A stretch of DNA of 64,000 bases, taken from an uncultured delta proteobacterium (GTDB lineage Bacteria > Myxococcota_A > Polyangia > Polyangiales > Polyangiaceae). The notes beneath the pieces were generated by a model. It saw only the letters and a list, made by a program, of their open reading frames with translations. It was not told the DNA's origin and made no database searches. Of this stretch, positions 50,410-60,922 are shown piece after piece. The stretch's first letter is position 1, and every line of letters begins with the position of its first letter. The position numbers and the translations under genes are program-made. Location: assembly GCA_963841435.1 (NCBI GenBank), contig CAWJCS010000005.1, positions 576,001 through 640,000 on the forward strand, given 5' to 3'.

Positions 50410-52581
50410 ATGCCAGCAACGCCGCCGAAACTCGAGCTCCTCCGCCGCCGGTTCGGTCGCCTTGCGCAGTGGGAGCCAGCCCTCTACGCCTTCGTCGCCG
50501 GGGTGGCCACGCTGTACGTCGCCACGCGCTTCGCCGGGTCGGCGCGCCTGCAGACGCTCTACGCGACGTACTGGTCCAGCCCGGAGCTCTTCCGTGAAGC
50601 CGCCGAGCGGCGCGTCGGCCCCTGGTCGGCACCGCTCGACGACGTCTTCATTCATTTCGATTTCGCCCGGTCGGCCGCACGTGGCCACCCGTTCGAATGG
50701 TGCTCGGGCAACGGCTATTCGAGCGGTGCAACGAGCCTTTTGTACCCTTTCGTGCTCGCAATCGGTCACCTATCTGGCTTCCGTGGCCTCGAGCTCATGG
50801 AGTGGGCCTCGATCGTCGCGTGCGTGACCGTGTTCGCGCTGCTGCTCGCGGCCCGCCGGGCGTTCCGCGGCCTACCGCGCTTCACGAGTTACCTGTTGCC
50901 CGCGTCACTGCTCGGGATTGGAGCCCTGGCCTGGTCGCTCTTCAGTGGCATGGAAATCGGTTTCTTCCTCTGCCTCTGGGGGGGTGCGTTTGTTTCGTGG
51001 GATGCTCTCGGGGAGGGGGCAGCCGACGCCCCGGCGCGCTCGCTCTGGCTCACCGCCGCGGCGCTCGGCGCGTGGGGCGCCGCCCTCGTCGCGACGCGAC
51101 CCGAGGCGCTCGGGACCGTGCTCGTCTTCGCGGGCACGAGCTTCTTCCGCCTCCGCTCGCGTGGGCCCAAGGTGTCGCTCGGCGCCTCGGCGCTCGTGGT
51201 CGTTCCGGCCGTCGGCGTCATCGCAGCCATGGCGCTGGCGAACCTGTTCTTGACGGGTGACGCGGCGGCGGCGGGTGCGATCGCGAAGCTCGAGGTTTAT
51301 CATCCGTATCTCACGGCGAGGGAAAAGTGGGACCTCTGGTGGTTCTTCCTCGGGTACCAGGCGCTGCGCATCACGCAGCAGCACCTCGAATCGATTCCCG
51401 TCATCGGCTGGCTGGTGTGGGTGTTCGGGGCGGCGGCGCTCTTGTTTCGCGAGACCCGCCGCGTCGCGGTGCTGCTCTGGGGCAGCGTGCTCGCCTGGGC
51501 GATGACGGTCGCCTTCAACGGGCAGGTACGCTGGCAAAACGAGCGCTACGTCATGCCGGCCGTCGCTTGGTTGATGATGGTGGCGACGCTCGGGGCGTCG
51601 GCCTGCCTTGCGCGAGGCTTGAAGCGCCCACTGAGGTGGCCGGCCGTGGCGCTCGCGACCGTCACGACCGTGGCCGTGGTCGCGTTCGCATGGCAGGCCG
51701 TCGCGAACTTCCGTTTCCAGGTCTGGTACTTCGGCCGCGCATCGCGCAACATCTACGATCAGCACGTCAGCGTGGGCCGCATGCTCCACGACGGCCCGCG
51801 CCCTCCCCCGCTCGTGATGGTCGGCGACGCGGGCGCCATCCCGTACATGAGCGACGGGCCGACGCTCGACATGATCGGTCTCGGTGGCTACAGGGGGCTG
51901 CCCTTCGCGCGAGCCACGCGCGCGAACGTGGCCGCCGCCGTCGAGCTCATCGAGCACCTCCCGAGCGCCGAGCGCCCGAAGCTGCTCGCGCTCTATCCCT
52001 CGTGGTGGGACGAGTTCCCGCTGTGGTTCGGCAGCCGCGTCGGCGAGGTTCCGGCGCGGGGCAACGTCATCTGTGGGGCGCCGAGCAAGGTCATCTACCG
52101 CGCCGAATGGGGCCCGCTCGAGGGCAGCAGCACCCCGTTTCGCCTTGCAGAAGGTGAGCGCATCGTCGCGGAGTTCGACTGGGCCGACGTGATGAGCGAG
52201 CGCGCAGCGCACTACCAGCGCTTCCCCGCGCGCGCCGGCCGCGTGGCCCCCAAGCTGCTGCCACATCCGGACCACCCCGAACGCGACGTCTTCGACGCCG
52301 GACGCAACACGCCCGAAGGCCACCGCGAGCGCTTCGTCATGGAGGGCATCCTGCCCGACCGCCCACTCCGACTGGTGTTTCGTGCGGCACCCGTCGCGAA
52401 CGTGACCGTCCCGGTCAGCGTCGACGGCCAACCGGTGGGGATGCTGCAGCTGCCGCGCACCGACGGCTGGTTCGAGGCGAGCATCGAGGTAAAGCGACGC
52501 GTTGCAGCGCGGATCACCGTGGACCTCGGTCCGTCGGGCGAGCGCGTGCTCTATCACGCTTGGGCCCTGCAGAGGCCCTGA
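50410..52581 (+). CDS. Polytopic membrane protein, GT-C glycosyltransferase-like
   Basis: DDVFIHFDFARS, SSGATSLLYP, SGME, TRPE, RYVMP, DAGAIPY, DMIGL. Confidence 0.7.
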   Translation: MPATPPKLELLRRRFGRLAQWEPALYAFVAGVATLYVATRFAGSARLQTLYATYWSSPELFREAAERRVGPWSAPLDDVFIHFDFARSAARGHPFEWCSGNGYSSGATSLLYPFVLAIGHLSGFRGLELMEWASIVACVTVFALLLAARRAFRGLPRFTSYLLPASLLGIGALAWSLFSGMEIGFFLCLWGGAFVSWDALGEGAADAPARSLWLTAAALGAWGAALVATRPEALGTVLVFAGTSFFRLRSRGPKVSLGASALVVVPAVGVIAAMALANLFLTGDAAAAGAIAKLEVYHPYLTAREKWDLWWFFLGYQALRITQQHLESIPVIGWLVWVFGAAALLFRETRRVAVLLWGSVLAWAMTVAFNGQVRWQNERYVMPAVAWLMMVATLGASACLARGLKRPLRWPAVALATVTTVAVVAFAWQAVANFRFQVWYFGRASRNIYDQHVSVGRMLHDGPRPPPLVMVGDAGAIPYMSDGPTLDMIGLGGYRGLPFARATRANVAAAVELIEHLPSAERPKLLALYPSWWDEFPLWFGSRVGEVPARGNVICGAPSKVIYRAEWGPLEGSSTPFRLAEGERIVAEFDWADVMSERAAHYQRFPARAGRVAPKLLPHPDHPERDVFDAGRNTPEGHRERFVMEGILPDRPLRLVFRAAPVANVTVPVSVDGQPVGMLQLPRTDGWFEASIEVKRRVAARITVDLGPSGERVLYHAWALQRP

Positions 52582-54552
52582 TGCCGGGCCCCTACGCGAC
52601 GCTCGGCCCGAGCTCGGACCCGGTCGGGCTCGCGACGCTGGTGCTCGGGGGCGTCGCGCTCGGCGTCGCCTTCGGCTGGCGGCGCGTCGGGGCGCGCGCC
52701 GGCGCCGTCTCGAGCCGCGTGATTGTCGGGGCGCTCGCGCTCGGTGCCGCAGCGCTCTCGCTCGGGTACGTTGCTCACTTCTTGCGCGGAGGGCCGCGCA
52801 TCATCGACGCCACGAGCTACTACCTCGAGGGGCACGCGCTCGCACAGGGACACTTCGCCTTTCCGGTCGCGCTGCCGAGCGCCGCGTTCCGCGGCCGCTT
52901 TTCGCTCTACCAGGACGGCGCGCTCTCCGTGATCTTTCCGCCCGGCTATCCGCTCGCGCTCGCCGCCGGATTCGTCGTGGGCGCGCCGCTCGTCGTGGGG
53001 CCGGTGCTCGGCGCGCTCCTGGTTTTTGCCACCTACCACGTCGCACGCGACCTTTTCGACGACGAGGCGGCGGCGCGACTCGCGGCCACGTGCTCGCTGC
53101 TGTCGGCCGCGCTCCGCTACCACACGGCGGACACGATGGCCCACGGCTTGAGCGCGCTCCTGCTCATCGTGACACTGGGCTCGGCGCTCGGCGCGGGTCG
53201 GCCGCGCGCAGTGCTTGCGGGGCTCGCCGCGGGCTGGCTCATGGCGACGCGGCCGCTCAGCGGGCTCGTCGCCATCGCGATCGCGCTCGCGGCGGTGGGG
53301 CGGCGGCGTGGCGATCGAGCCGCGCGGCTTTTCGGCTTCGCGCTCGCCGTACTGCCGGGCGTCGCGCTGCTCGTCACCCACCAGGTCGCAGCGACGGGCT
53401 CGTTCTTCGCGTCGACCCAGCGCACCTACTACGCGCTCGCCGACGGCCCACCCGGGTGCTTCGCCTGGGGGCTCGGTCAAGTCGGCTGCCACTTCGAGCA
53501 CGGTGACGTCATCCAGCGCGACTTCCCCGACGGCTTCGGGCTCGCGGCCGCTGCCAAGGTCACGCTGATGCGGCTCGTCCTACACGCGACCGACTTGGTA
53601 AATTTCGCGCCGCTCGCGCTGCTCGTGCCTTGGGTCGCGTACCGGCACCGCCGGGTGCCGGGCGTGCTCTGGCTCGCCGGCACGGGGCTCGCCATCGTGG
53701 TCGCGTACGCCTTCTTCTACTATCCGGGAAGCTACCCCGGAGCTGGAGCTCGGCTTTTGGCCGACGCACTGCCCCTCGAGCACGTGTTGCTTGGCCTGGC
53801 CCTCGCGCGGCTCGGAGTCGGTCGTTTCCTCCCGGCGCTCGCCCTTCTCGGCTTCGCGCTCCACGGCGTGCACGCCCACGTCGCGCTGCGGGATCGCGAC
53901 GGGGGCCGCCCGATGTTCGAGCCCGCGGTGCTGCGAAAGGCTGGGATCGAGCGCGGGCTCGTTTTCGTAGACACAGACCACGCCTTCGCCCTCGGCCACG
54001 ACCCGGCGATTCTCGACCCGAGGCACGGCATCCTCGTGGCTCGCCACCATGGAGACGCTCACGACGCTGCCCTGTTCCGCGCCTTCGGCGAGCCGCCGAC
54101 GTATCGCTACTCGTTCTCCGCGCTCACGGGACACACCTCCGTCGCCGGCTACCGGCCCGGTGCCGACCCCTTTCGCGAGGAAGCCGAGGCCGAGTGGCCA
54201 GCCCTCGGCGTGGCGGAGGGATGGGCACACCCGGACTTCTCCCCCTGCCTCTCGGGCGGGCGCGGCCTCCGGCTGCACGCGGCGCCCGCAGCCGACGTTC
54301 GAGCTCGAGCTCGTGTCGCCCGGGAGCCAGGAGCAGGACCTCGTTCTCGGCTGGGCGGCCGACCCAGGTGCCACGCTCGTTGCGTCCGTGGGAGGCCGCC
54401 AAGCAACCGTTTCGGCGCCGACCGGAGGCTGCCGCCGCTCCGCGCTCTTCGCGATCCGCGTGCCCCCGGGAACGCGCATCCGTCTGAGGACCCGAGAAGA
54501 CGTCGTTCTTGACTACCTGGAGCTGTCCCGCGCAGAATCGAAAAAGCGTTGA
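52581..54552 (+). CDS. Second GT-C glycosyltransferase-like membrane protein; frameshift near 54280
   Basis: IIDATSYY, FPPGYP, TRP; ATG overlaps the upstream TGA; C-terminus continues in ORF 54049-54552 (FELELVSP...VVLDYLEL). Confidence 0.65.
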
Positions 54553-54625
54553 CAGTTCAGCGCTTAGGTCTGAGCATGAGTGCTCCCAGTGGGTCGCGAG
54601 GGCTCTTTAGGGAAGGCGTAGCTGG

Positions 54626-54943
54626 ATGACGAAGAGCGAACTCATCGAGGCCATTGCGGCCCGAGGCGAGCTCACGAAAGCTCGCGCCGAGCTGGTGGTC
54701 AATTGCGTGTTCGAAGCGATGACCGAAGCGCTCCAGAAGGGGGAAGGCATTGAAATCCGGGGGTATGGAAGCTTCACGGTGCGCCCCTACAAGCCATACG
54801 CCGGTCGCAACCCGCGCACCGGCCAGCCCGTGCCGGTTCCGGCGAAGCGGCTGCCGTTCTTCAAAGTTGGCAAGGAACTGAAAGAGCTCGTGAACGGCAG
54901 CCGGCATATCCCCATCACCGGCGGCAGCGACGGCGACGACTGA
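54626..54943 (+). CDS. ihfB: HU/IHF-family DNA-binding protein (IHF-beta-like)
   Basis: MTKSELIE, IEIRGYGSF, GRNPRTG, PFFKVGKELKELVN. Confidence 0.8.
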   Translation: MTKSELIEAIAARGELTKARAELVVNCVFEAMTEALQKGEGIEIRGYGSFTVRPYKPYAGRNPRTGQPVPVPAKRLPFFKVGKELKELVNGSRHIPITGGSDGDD

Positions 54944-54966
54944 CCCTGAGGATCCGAGCTTAGCTC

Positions 54967-55977
54967 GTGCGCGCCCTGGCGATCGCTGCGTCCCTGGCAC
55001 TCAGTGTGGGGTGTGCCGGTCCTAAGTCCGCCCCTCGGGCGCCGACACCAATCGTCGCGGAGCGCCCTGGGGTACTCGGGCACGTCCCCGCCGCCGGGCT
55101 CGAGTGGCTGGCGTTCGTGCGGCCGGCCGCGATCGAAAAGCGCGAGGACATTGCCTCTTTAATCAAGGAAATCGCAACGGAGGAACGCCTTGCCGCGTTC
55201 GAGGCCACGGTGGGCATCGACCTCGAAAAGGTGCGCGGGCTCGCCGTGGCCAGCTTCGGTCCCGGGACGCTCTACGTCGCCGATCTCGGAGCACCCAGCG
55301 CCCCCCTGGCGCGAGAACAGTTCGCAGATCGGCTGGACGGCGGTGGACTCTCGCGCAAGACAAAGGCGAACGTTCATCGCGTGTTCGGCACGATCCACGG
55401 CGAGCCGGTCGCAATGGTGTCGGTCGACGACGACTTCGTCGCGGTCGCGAAGAACGACACGTCGCTGGCGCGCATCGTCGAAGCGTACTCGGCGCATCGC
55501 TTGCGCTCACCAACGGCCCTGCACGGTGTCGCGCTCCGGGGGCTCCCCGGGCCGCCGGCGGACGCGCTGGCCGCCTTCTATGCCGCGTACCCATTCGGTG
55601 AGGACGCGGAGCGCGCAGCCAGCGGCCTGTTGCGCAAAGCGTCCGCCGCGTCGCTCGTGGCACGGGGCGGCGCGCCAGGCGTCCTCGAGCTCACGCTGTC
55701 GCTGGCGGGCGACTTCGCGCCGTCCCCAGAGCGCGCCGCCGCCGACGTCGCCCGCGCGTGGCAGGAGCTCTGCTCGACCTCGTTCGGCACCCTCCTCGCG
55801 CTCGACCAGGCGAGCACACCAGAAATTAATTCAGACTTACATCTACTTACACTGTCCACTCGCATGCCGTTACGGCCGCTGGTCCGGGTCATCGCCGCGA
55901 CGATCGACGGGGACGTGCATGAAATCTTTGACGTTGTACCCAGTCCTCCAGCGCCAGCTCCCGCGGACCCCCGGTAG
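54967..55977 (+). CDS. Hypothetical lipoprotein
   Basis: MRALAIAASLALSVGC signal and lipobox. Confidence 0.7.
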   Translation: MRALAIAASLALSVGCAGPKSAPRAPTPIVAERPGVLGHVPAAGLEWLAFVRPAAIEKREDIASLIKEIATEERLAAFEATVGIDLEKVRGLAVASFGPGTLYVADLGAPSAPLAREQFADRLDGGGLSRKTKANVHRVFGTIHGEPVAMVSVDDDFVAVAKNDTSLARIVEAYSAHRLRSPTALHGVALRGLPGPPADALAAFYAAYPFGEDAERAASGLLRKASAASLVARGGAPGVLELTLSLAGDFAPSPERAAADVARAWQELCSTSFGTLLALDQASTPEINSDLHLLTLSTRMPLRPLVRVIAATIDGDVHEIFDVVPSPPAPAPADPR

Positions 55978-56250
55978 ACCTAATGGCCGGCCTGCCGTGG
56001 CGTGCCCGATAACTGCAGCGATTTCGGGCGGCTGTGGCGCCGGAAGCCTCGCAGCGCAATTGACCTGGGGCCACCGAGAATGGTACGAATCCCGCCGTGC
56101 TGCACCGCAAAGGTCGGAACGGAGGCTGACTCGGCCCACGCGACTTTGGCAGACGCAGGGCGGACCGCGCTAACCCCAAAAGCGGATTCGACCCTTTCCA
56201 AGATGCGAATCGCCCCGCAACAGCGTGCTGCGGCGGCCCGAGGAGGCGGA

Positions 56251-56814
56251 ATGCAATCTACCGTCAATGCAACAGCGGCCCGCAACAGTTTCAAGGTCGG
56301 CGACATGGCCGTCCATCCGAGCCACGGTGTCGGCGAGGTCGAGCGGCTCGAAGAGCGCGACTTCGGCGGGAAAGCAACGTCCTGTTACGTCATCAAGATC
56401 CGTGACACCGGTCTCAAGGTGATGATCCCCACGGACGCGACCGAGCGGGTGGGCCTCAGGCCGGTCATGAAGAAGAAAGAGGCTCTGAAGATCCTCGACA
56501 TCTTGCGCGCCCCCGAGGTCGCGGTCAACGTTCAGCCTTGGAACCGCCGATTTCGGGCCTACACCGAAATGCTCAAAAGCGGGCAGCCGTCGGAGATCGC
56601 AAAGGTTCTCCGCGACATGTACCGCCTGAAGTTCGACAAGGACCTCTCCTTCGGTGAGCGGCGATTGCTCGACCAGGCGCGCAGCTTGCTCGTCCAGGAG
56701 CTCGCGCTTGCCAAGAAGGTCGCCCCCTCCGCCATGGAGGGGGAAATTCAGCAGAATCTTCTCGGCGTGACCCGAAAAGGCCCGTCCCGTGGCAAGGTCC
56801 ACGGCGGGCCATGA
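56251..56814 (+). CDS. cdnL: CarD/CdnL-family RNAP-binding regulator; true stop probably 56770
   Basis: SD AGGAGG; FKVGDMAVHPSHGVG, WNRRFR, DKDLSFGERRLLDQA. Removing one A at ~56755 gives QQIFSA-stop. Confidence 0.85.
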   Translation: MQSTVNATAARNSFKVGDMAVHPSHGVGEVERLEERDFGGKATSCYVIKIRDTGLKVMIPTDATERVGLRPVMKKKEALKILDILRAPEVAVNVQPWNRRFRAYTEMLKSGQPSEIAKVLRDMYRLKFDKDLSFGERRLLDQARSLLVQELALAKKVAPSAMEGEIQQNLLGVTRKGPSRGKVHGGP

Positions 56815-57377
56815 AAATCTACACGCGGACCGGGGACGACGGCACAACCGGGCTATTCGGCGGGGCTCGCGTCGAGAAGGACGAGCCCATCGTCGAGGCG
56901 TATGGCTCCATCGACGAGCTGAACGCCTGCCTCGGCATGGTCACCGCTGCGCTCGCCGAGGGCGTAACGCGGACGAGGCTCGTCTCGATCCAGAGCGACC
57001 TGTTCCGGCTGGGCGCGGAGCTCGGGTGCGCGCCGGGCAAGGAAGACAAGCTCGGGCTCACGCTGCTCGGCGCCGAGGACGTGGCACGGCTCGAGGCGTT
57101 CATCGACGACGCCGAAAAGGGGGTTCCTGACCTCAAAACCTTCATCCTGCCGGGTGGGTCCGAGGCCGGCGCGCGCCTGCACCAGGCAAGGACCGTCTGC
57201 CGGCGCGCCGAACGGCGTGTGCACGCTGCACGGCGGGCGCGCACGATCCGCCGCGAGGTCATCATTTACCTGAACCGGCTAGGCGATCTGTTGTTCGTCT
57301 GGGCTCGGCTCGCAAACTTTTCCGAAAAGGCGCCGGAGATCCCCTGGCCCGTCAACAGCGGGGGCGGCGCCTCGTGA
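56811..57377 (+). CDS. PduO-type ATP:cob(I)alamin adenosyltransferase
   Basis: KIYTRTGDDGTT, YGSIDELN, FILPGG, RTVCRRAER, YLNRLGD. Confidence 0.92.
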   Translation: MKIYTRTGDDGTTGLFGGARVEKDEPIVEAYGSIDELNACLGMVTAALAEGVTRTRLVSIQSDLFRLGAELGCAPGKEDKLGLTLLGAEDVARLEAFIDDAEKGVPDLKTFILPGGSEAGARLHQARTVCRRAERRVHAARRARTIRREVIIYLNRLGDLLFVWARLANFSEKAPEIPWPVNSGGGAS

Positions 57378-57414
57378 CGCAGGGGCCCGTTTCCTCGGGG
57401 TCGGGCCGGACACC

Positions 57415-58872
57415 ATGCTGAGCCCGGGCGACATAGTGGGCGGCAAGTACCGCATCGTGCGTCTGATCGGCGATGGGGGCATGGGCAGCGTGTACGAGGC
57501 GCGTCACGAACGGCTCGGCACGGCCGTCGCGCTCAAGTTCCTGCACGCCGACATCGCCGACCGTCCGGGGCTCTCGGAGCGCTTCCTCCAGGAGGCCAAG
57601 GTCGCCGCGGCCATCGTGAGCCCACATGTCGCACACGTCACCGACATGGATGCGGGACCCGACGGCCAGCCGTACCTCGTGCTCGAGCTCGTCGTCGGAG
57701 AATCGCTCGAGGACCTGCTCGAGCGCGAGCACAAGCTGCCGCTCGAGCGAGCCATCGACTTCTCCACGCAAATCGCGGCGGGCCTCGAAGCCGCCCACGC
57801 CATCGGCGTCGTGCACCGCGATCTCAAGCCCAGCAACGTGCTCGTGACGCAGGGCACGACCGGACCCCTGCTCAAGGTGATCGACTTCGGGATCGCCAAG
57901 CTGCGCGAGACGCCCGGCGCCCGCGGCCTCACGCGCGCAGGCGTCCTGCTCGGAACTCCCGAGTACATGCCGCCCGAGCAGCTGTTTTCGGCGAGCGAGG
58001 TCGACGCACGCGCCGACGTCTACGCGCTCGGTGTGATGTTGTTCGAGATGCTGAGCGGCCGGCGGCCCGCCGAGGCCGAGGGCGCCCAGGCCATCGTGGG
58101 CAAAGTGCTGGCGGGCGATGTCCTGTCACTCGCGGCGCTCGAGCCGGCCCTTCCTGCGCCGCTCGTCAACGTCGTAGAACGCGCCACCGCAGGCGACCGC
58201 GATCGACGCTTCGCGAGCATTCGCGAATTTTCTGCGGCGCTCGCGCCGTTTTCCCACGGCGGACCGCCGCCGCAGACGATCGCGCCCGAACCACCGGCAT
58301 TCGGCAAGGGCTCGACCCAGGACGCGCCCCCGCTCGGCCCCGGACTTTCGCCCGGAGCGGTTCGCGTCTCCATTCCCGTGGCGCCACCGACACATCGACC
58401 AACGGGCAGGCCACGCCGAGCGCGCAGCGTCGCCGTGCTCGCGCTCGTGCTCCTGCTCGTCGCCCTCGCCGCCGGCGCGGTCGCGCTCCTCGTCGTAGGG
58501 AATGCGCCAACCGAGCCGCCACCGTTGCCGACGGCGAATCTACCTCCCGAGACACCGTTCGTCGCCGAGGTGCCCGAGGTGACACCCGCGCCACCTGCAC
58601 CGCCCGGCGTCACACCCACGACACCCCACACCACGCCGGGCAGACCTCCCGCAACCGCCGCCGCTACCGGCGCGACGGCTCCGGACGGCGGCACCTTTCC
58701 GATCCCGCCGCTCACGTTCCCGAGCACGCTGCCTCCCCTGCCGTCGGTTCTTGCGCTGCCCTCCACATTTCCCACGACGCTGCCGACGGCGTTCCCGACC
58801 ACGTTCCCCGGCCTACCCATGCCGGGTCAGGCACCGGCCCAGCCACCCAAGGTCCCGACCGATGGTGGATGA
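57415..58872 (+). CDS. Ser/Thr protein kinase with TM helix and Pro/Thr-rich tail
   Basis: IGDGGMGSVY, HRDLKPSN, DFGIAK, GTPEYMPPEQ. Confidence 0.92.
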   Translation: MLSPGDIVGGKYRIVRLIGDGGMGSVYEARHERLGTAVALKFLHADIADRPGLSERFLQEAKVAAAIVSPHVAHVTDMDAGPDGQPYLVLELVVGESLEDLLEREHKLPLERAIDFSTQIAAGLEAAHAIGVVHRDLKPSNVLVTQGTTGPLLKVIDFGIAKLRETPGARGLTRAGVLLGTPEYMPPEQLFSASEVDARADVYALGVMLFEMLSGRRPAEAEGAQAIVGKVLAGDVLSLAALEPALPAPLVNVVERATAGDRDRRFASIREFSAALAPFSHGGPPPQTIAPEPPAFGKGSTQDAPPLGPGLSPGAVRVSIPVAPPTHRPTGRPRRARSVAVLALVLLLVALAAGAVALLVVGNAPTEPPPLPTANLPPETPFVAEVPEVTPAPPAPPGVTPTTPHTTPGRPPATAAATGATAPDGGTFPIPPLTFPSTLPPLPSVLALPSTFPTTLPTAFPTTFPGLPMPGQAPAQPPKVPTDGG

Positions 58873-58943
58873 TCGAAAGCCCGAAGGTCACTTGCTCGAC
58901 ACGCGCCCGAAATCGGCCATACGCTAAGGCTTATTTGGCTGCC

Positions 58944-59732
58944 ATGCCAAACGCCCTGGCGAGACTCCCCGTGACCGGCACTGCCCCGCCCCCCGCTGAT
59001 TTCCGCGAATCTCTGCCTGAGAGCTATCGCCGCAACTTCGATCTCCAAGCAAGCGAGGCGCACGCGCTCGTCTCGGCCGAGCGCGGGGCCCGAGCGGCTA
59101 ACGTGGGCATCTTCCCGTCGAACCGGACGGGCACCGCCCTCTGCGTGGTCGCCGACGACCGCCCGGGTCTGCTCGCGACGATGAGCGCGGCGCTCGTGCT
59201 CGCCCACCTCGATGTCATCGAGGCGGAGGCGTACAATCGCAAGCTCTTCGAGCATCCCGACGAGGCGGTAGACGTCTTTTGGGTTCGTCACGATCCCACG
59301 TCGAATCGGACGGGGCCGGTCGGTCCGGAGTACGTGGCGGAGTTTCGCGACACGCTGATCGGGCTCCTCGAGGGCAAGGTCGATCGTGGCTCGCTCGCCG
59401 ACGCCACGGGCCATACGGGTGTCACGCCGTCTGCCGCGGAGACGGTCGTGCGCTTCCTCGAGGATCGTCAGGGAGCCTTCGCGACGCTCGAAGTCGAGAC
59501 GGGCGATCGGTCGGGCCTCCTGCTTGCCCTGGCCCAGGCCCTGTTCCAGCAGCGCGTGCAGATCATTGCATCGCAGGTGAAGACCAACGGCACCCGCGTC
59601 TTCGACCGTTTCAGCATCGTCGAGCTCGACGGCTCCCCCATTGGCCCGAGTCGCCGCCTCGAGATCCAGGTGGCCGTGCTGAGCGCCGTGGATCCCGTCA
59701 CCCTCGCTCGTCCAGCTCCCGCCGAAGCGTGA
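58944..59732 (+). CDS. Stand-alone tandem ACT-domain protein resembling the GlnD C-terminus
   Basis: LPESY..H, VVADDRPGLLA...AVDVFWV, LEVETGDRSGLLLALA...VFDRFSI. Confidence 0.75.
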   Translation: MPNALARLPVTGTAPPPADFRESLPESYRRNFDLQASEAHALVSAERGARAANVGIFPSNRTGTALCVVADDRPGLLATMSAALVLAHLDVIEAEAYNRKLFEHPDEAVDVFWVRHDPTSNRTGPVGPEYVAEFRDTLIGLLEGKVDRGSLADATGHTGVTPSAAETVVRFLEDRQGAFATLEVETGDRSGLLLALAQALFQQRVQIIASQVKTNGTRVFDRFSIVELDGSPIGPSRRLEIQVAVLSAVDPVTLARPAPAEA

Positions 59733-59928
59733 CCGCGGGGCAACCGCGCGGCGGCTGGCTGGAGGCACCGTGGCGGCCCCACGGCGCTGAATCCAGCGGA
59801 AAGAAAAAATAACGCCACGACGCGACGCGCCCTCGAACCGTCGGCTCAGGCGCTGGTTGGGACGCTTGGGGTACTAGGCTAAGGTGCGGCGGCGGCCCAG
59901 CGTGAGCCCGGCCGCGGGAGAATCGTCG

Positions 59929-60912
59929 ATGACCATGAGTCCTACTCGTTCCTTCGTTTCGCTTGGCGTGATCGGCGCCCTGTGCGTCTTCGCGGCCTGC
60001 AGCAGTGATAAAACCGACAGCAAGAAGACAAGCTCGGGCGTCGGAGGGACGGGGACGGCCGGCAGCGCCGTCGGCGGCACGGTAGGCGCTGGGACAGGCG
60101 GAGTGGGCGGAACAGCAGGGTTGGGTGGGACAGCTGGCATGCCCCCGGGCGGCGCTGCAGGCAGCCTGGCAGGAACTGGCGGTATCGCTGGGGCGGGGAT
60201 GGCCGGCATCGCCGGGATCTCGGGGACTGCGGGCGCTGGCGCTGGCGGGATCTCGGGTGATGGCGGCACGCCGGGTGGCGGTACGGCAGGTGGCGGCACG
60301 GCAGGTGGCGGCACCGCGGGCACCGGCGAAGGTGGCGAAGGCGGCCAAGGCTCCTGCATGCCCCACGACGGCACCCTTTACGACGGCGCCGCAGCCTTCG
60401 ACGACCCGGGAACGACGAGCGGCTGGGTGCTGGCCCCTGAAACCGGCAACCTCGGCGGGCTCGGCGACGGGTTCATCCAACGCAACCTCACCGAGGGTCA
60501 CCTCTGCCCGGGCGCGCTTGCGGCGACGATCCCGTTCACCGTGTACGGGGGCACGGAGAAGGCGAGCGTCGAAAGGACGATGGACCTCGACTGGACCGGG
60601 AAGACCACGATGCACGTCTGGGTGAGGATTGGAGACCCTGGCACGGGCAACATTTCCTACCTGAACGGGATACAGCTCTTCGTGCAGTCGATGAGCTACG
60701 CCGTCTACTCTCCGCAGTTCGTGAGCGCCGCTACCTTCGACGACTTCGCCTGGCACGAGATCGTGCTCGACCTCACGGCGACCCCCGCCGTGGTCCTCGA
60801 TAGCGTGAACAAGCTCGGCATCCAGGTCCTCGCCCAGGAGTCTCGCCCGCCGAGCGCGCCAGCGGCTCCGATGACGACCGTCGTGTACATCGACGACGTG
60901 TACGTCGAGTAG
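59929..60912 (+). CDS. Lipoprotein with Gly-rich linker and carbohydrate-binding-like beta-sandwich
   Basis: FAAC lipobox; LDWTGKT, WHEIVLDL, VNKLGIQV, VYIDDV. Confidence 0.75.
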   Translation: MTMSPTRSFVSLGVIGALCVFAACSSDKTDSKKTSSGVGGTGTAGSAVGGTVGAGTGGVGGTAGLGGTAGMPPGGAAGSLAGTGGIAGAGMAGIAGISGTAGAGAGGISGDGGTPGGGTAGGGTAGGGTAGTGEGGEGGQGSCMPHDGTLYDGAAAFDDPGTTSGWVLAPETGNLGGLGDGFIQRNLTEGHLCPGALAATIPFTVYGGTEKASVERTMDLDWTGKTTMHVWVRIGDPGTGNISYLNGIQLFVQSMSYAVYSPQFVSAATFDDFAWHEIVLDLTATPAVVLDSVNKLGIQVLAQESRPPSAPAAPMTTVVYIDDVYVE

Positions 60913-60922
60913 TCGCCACCTT

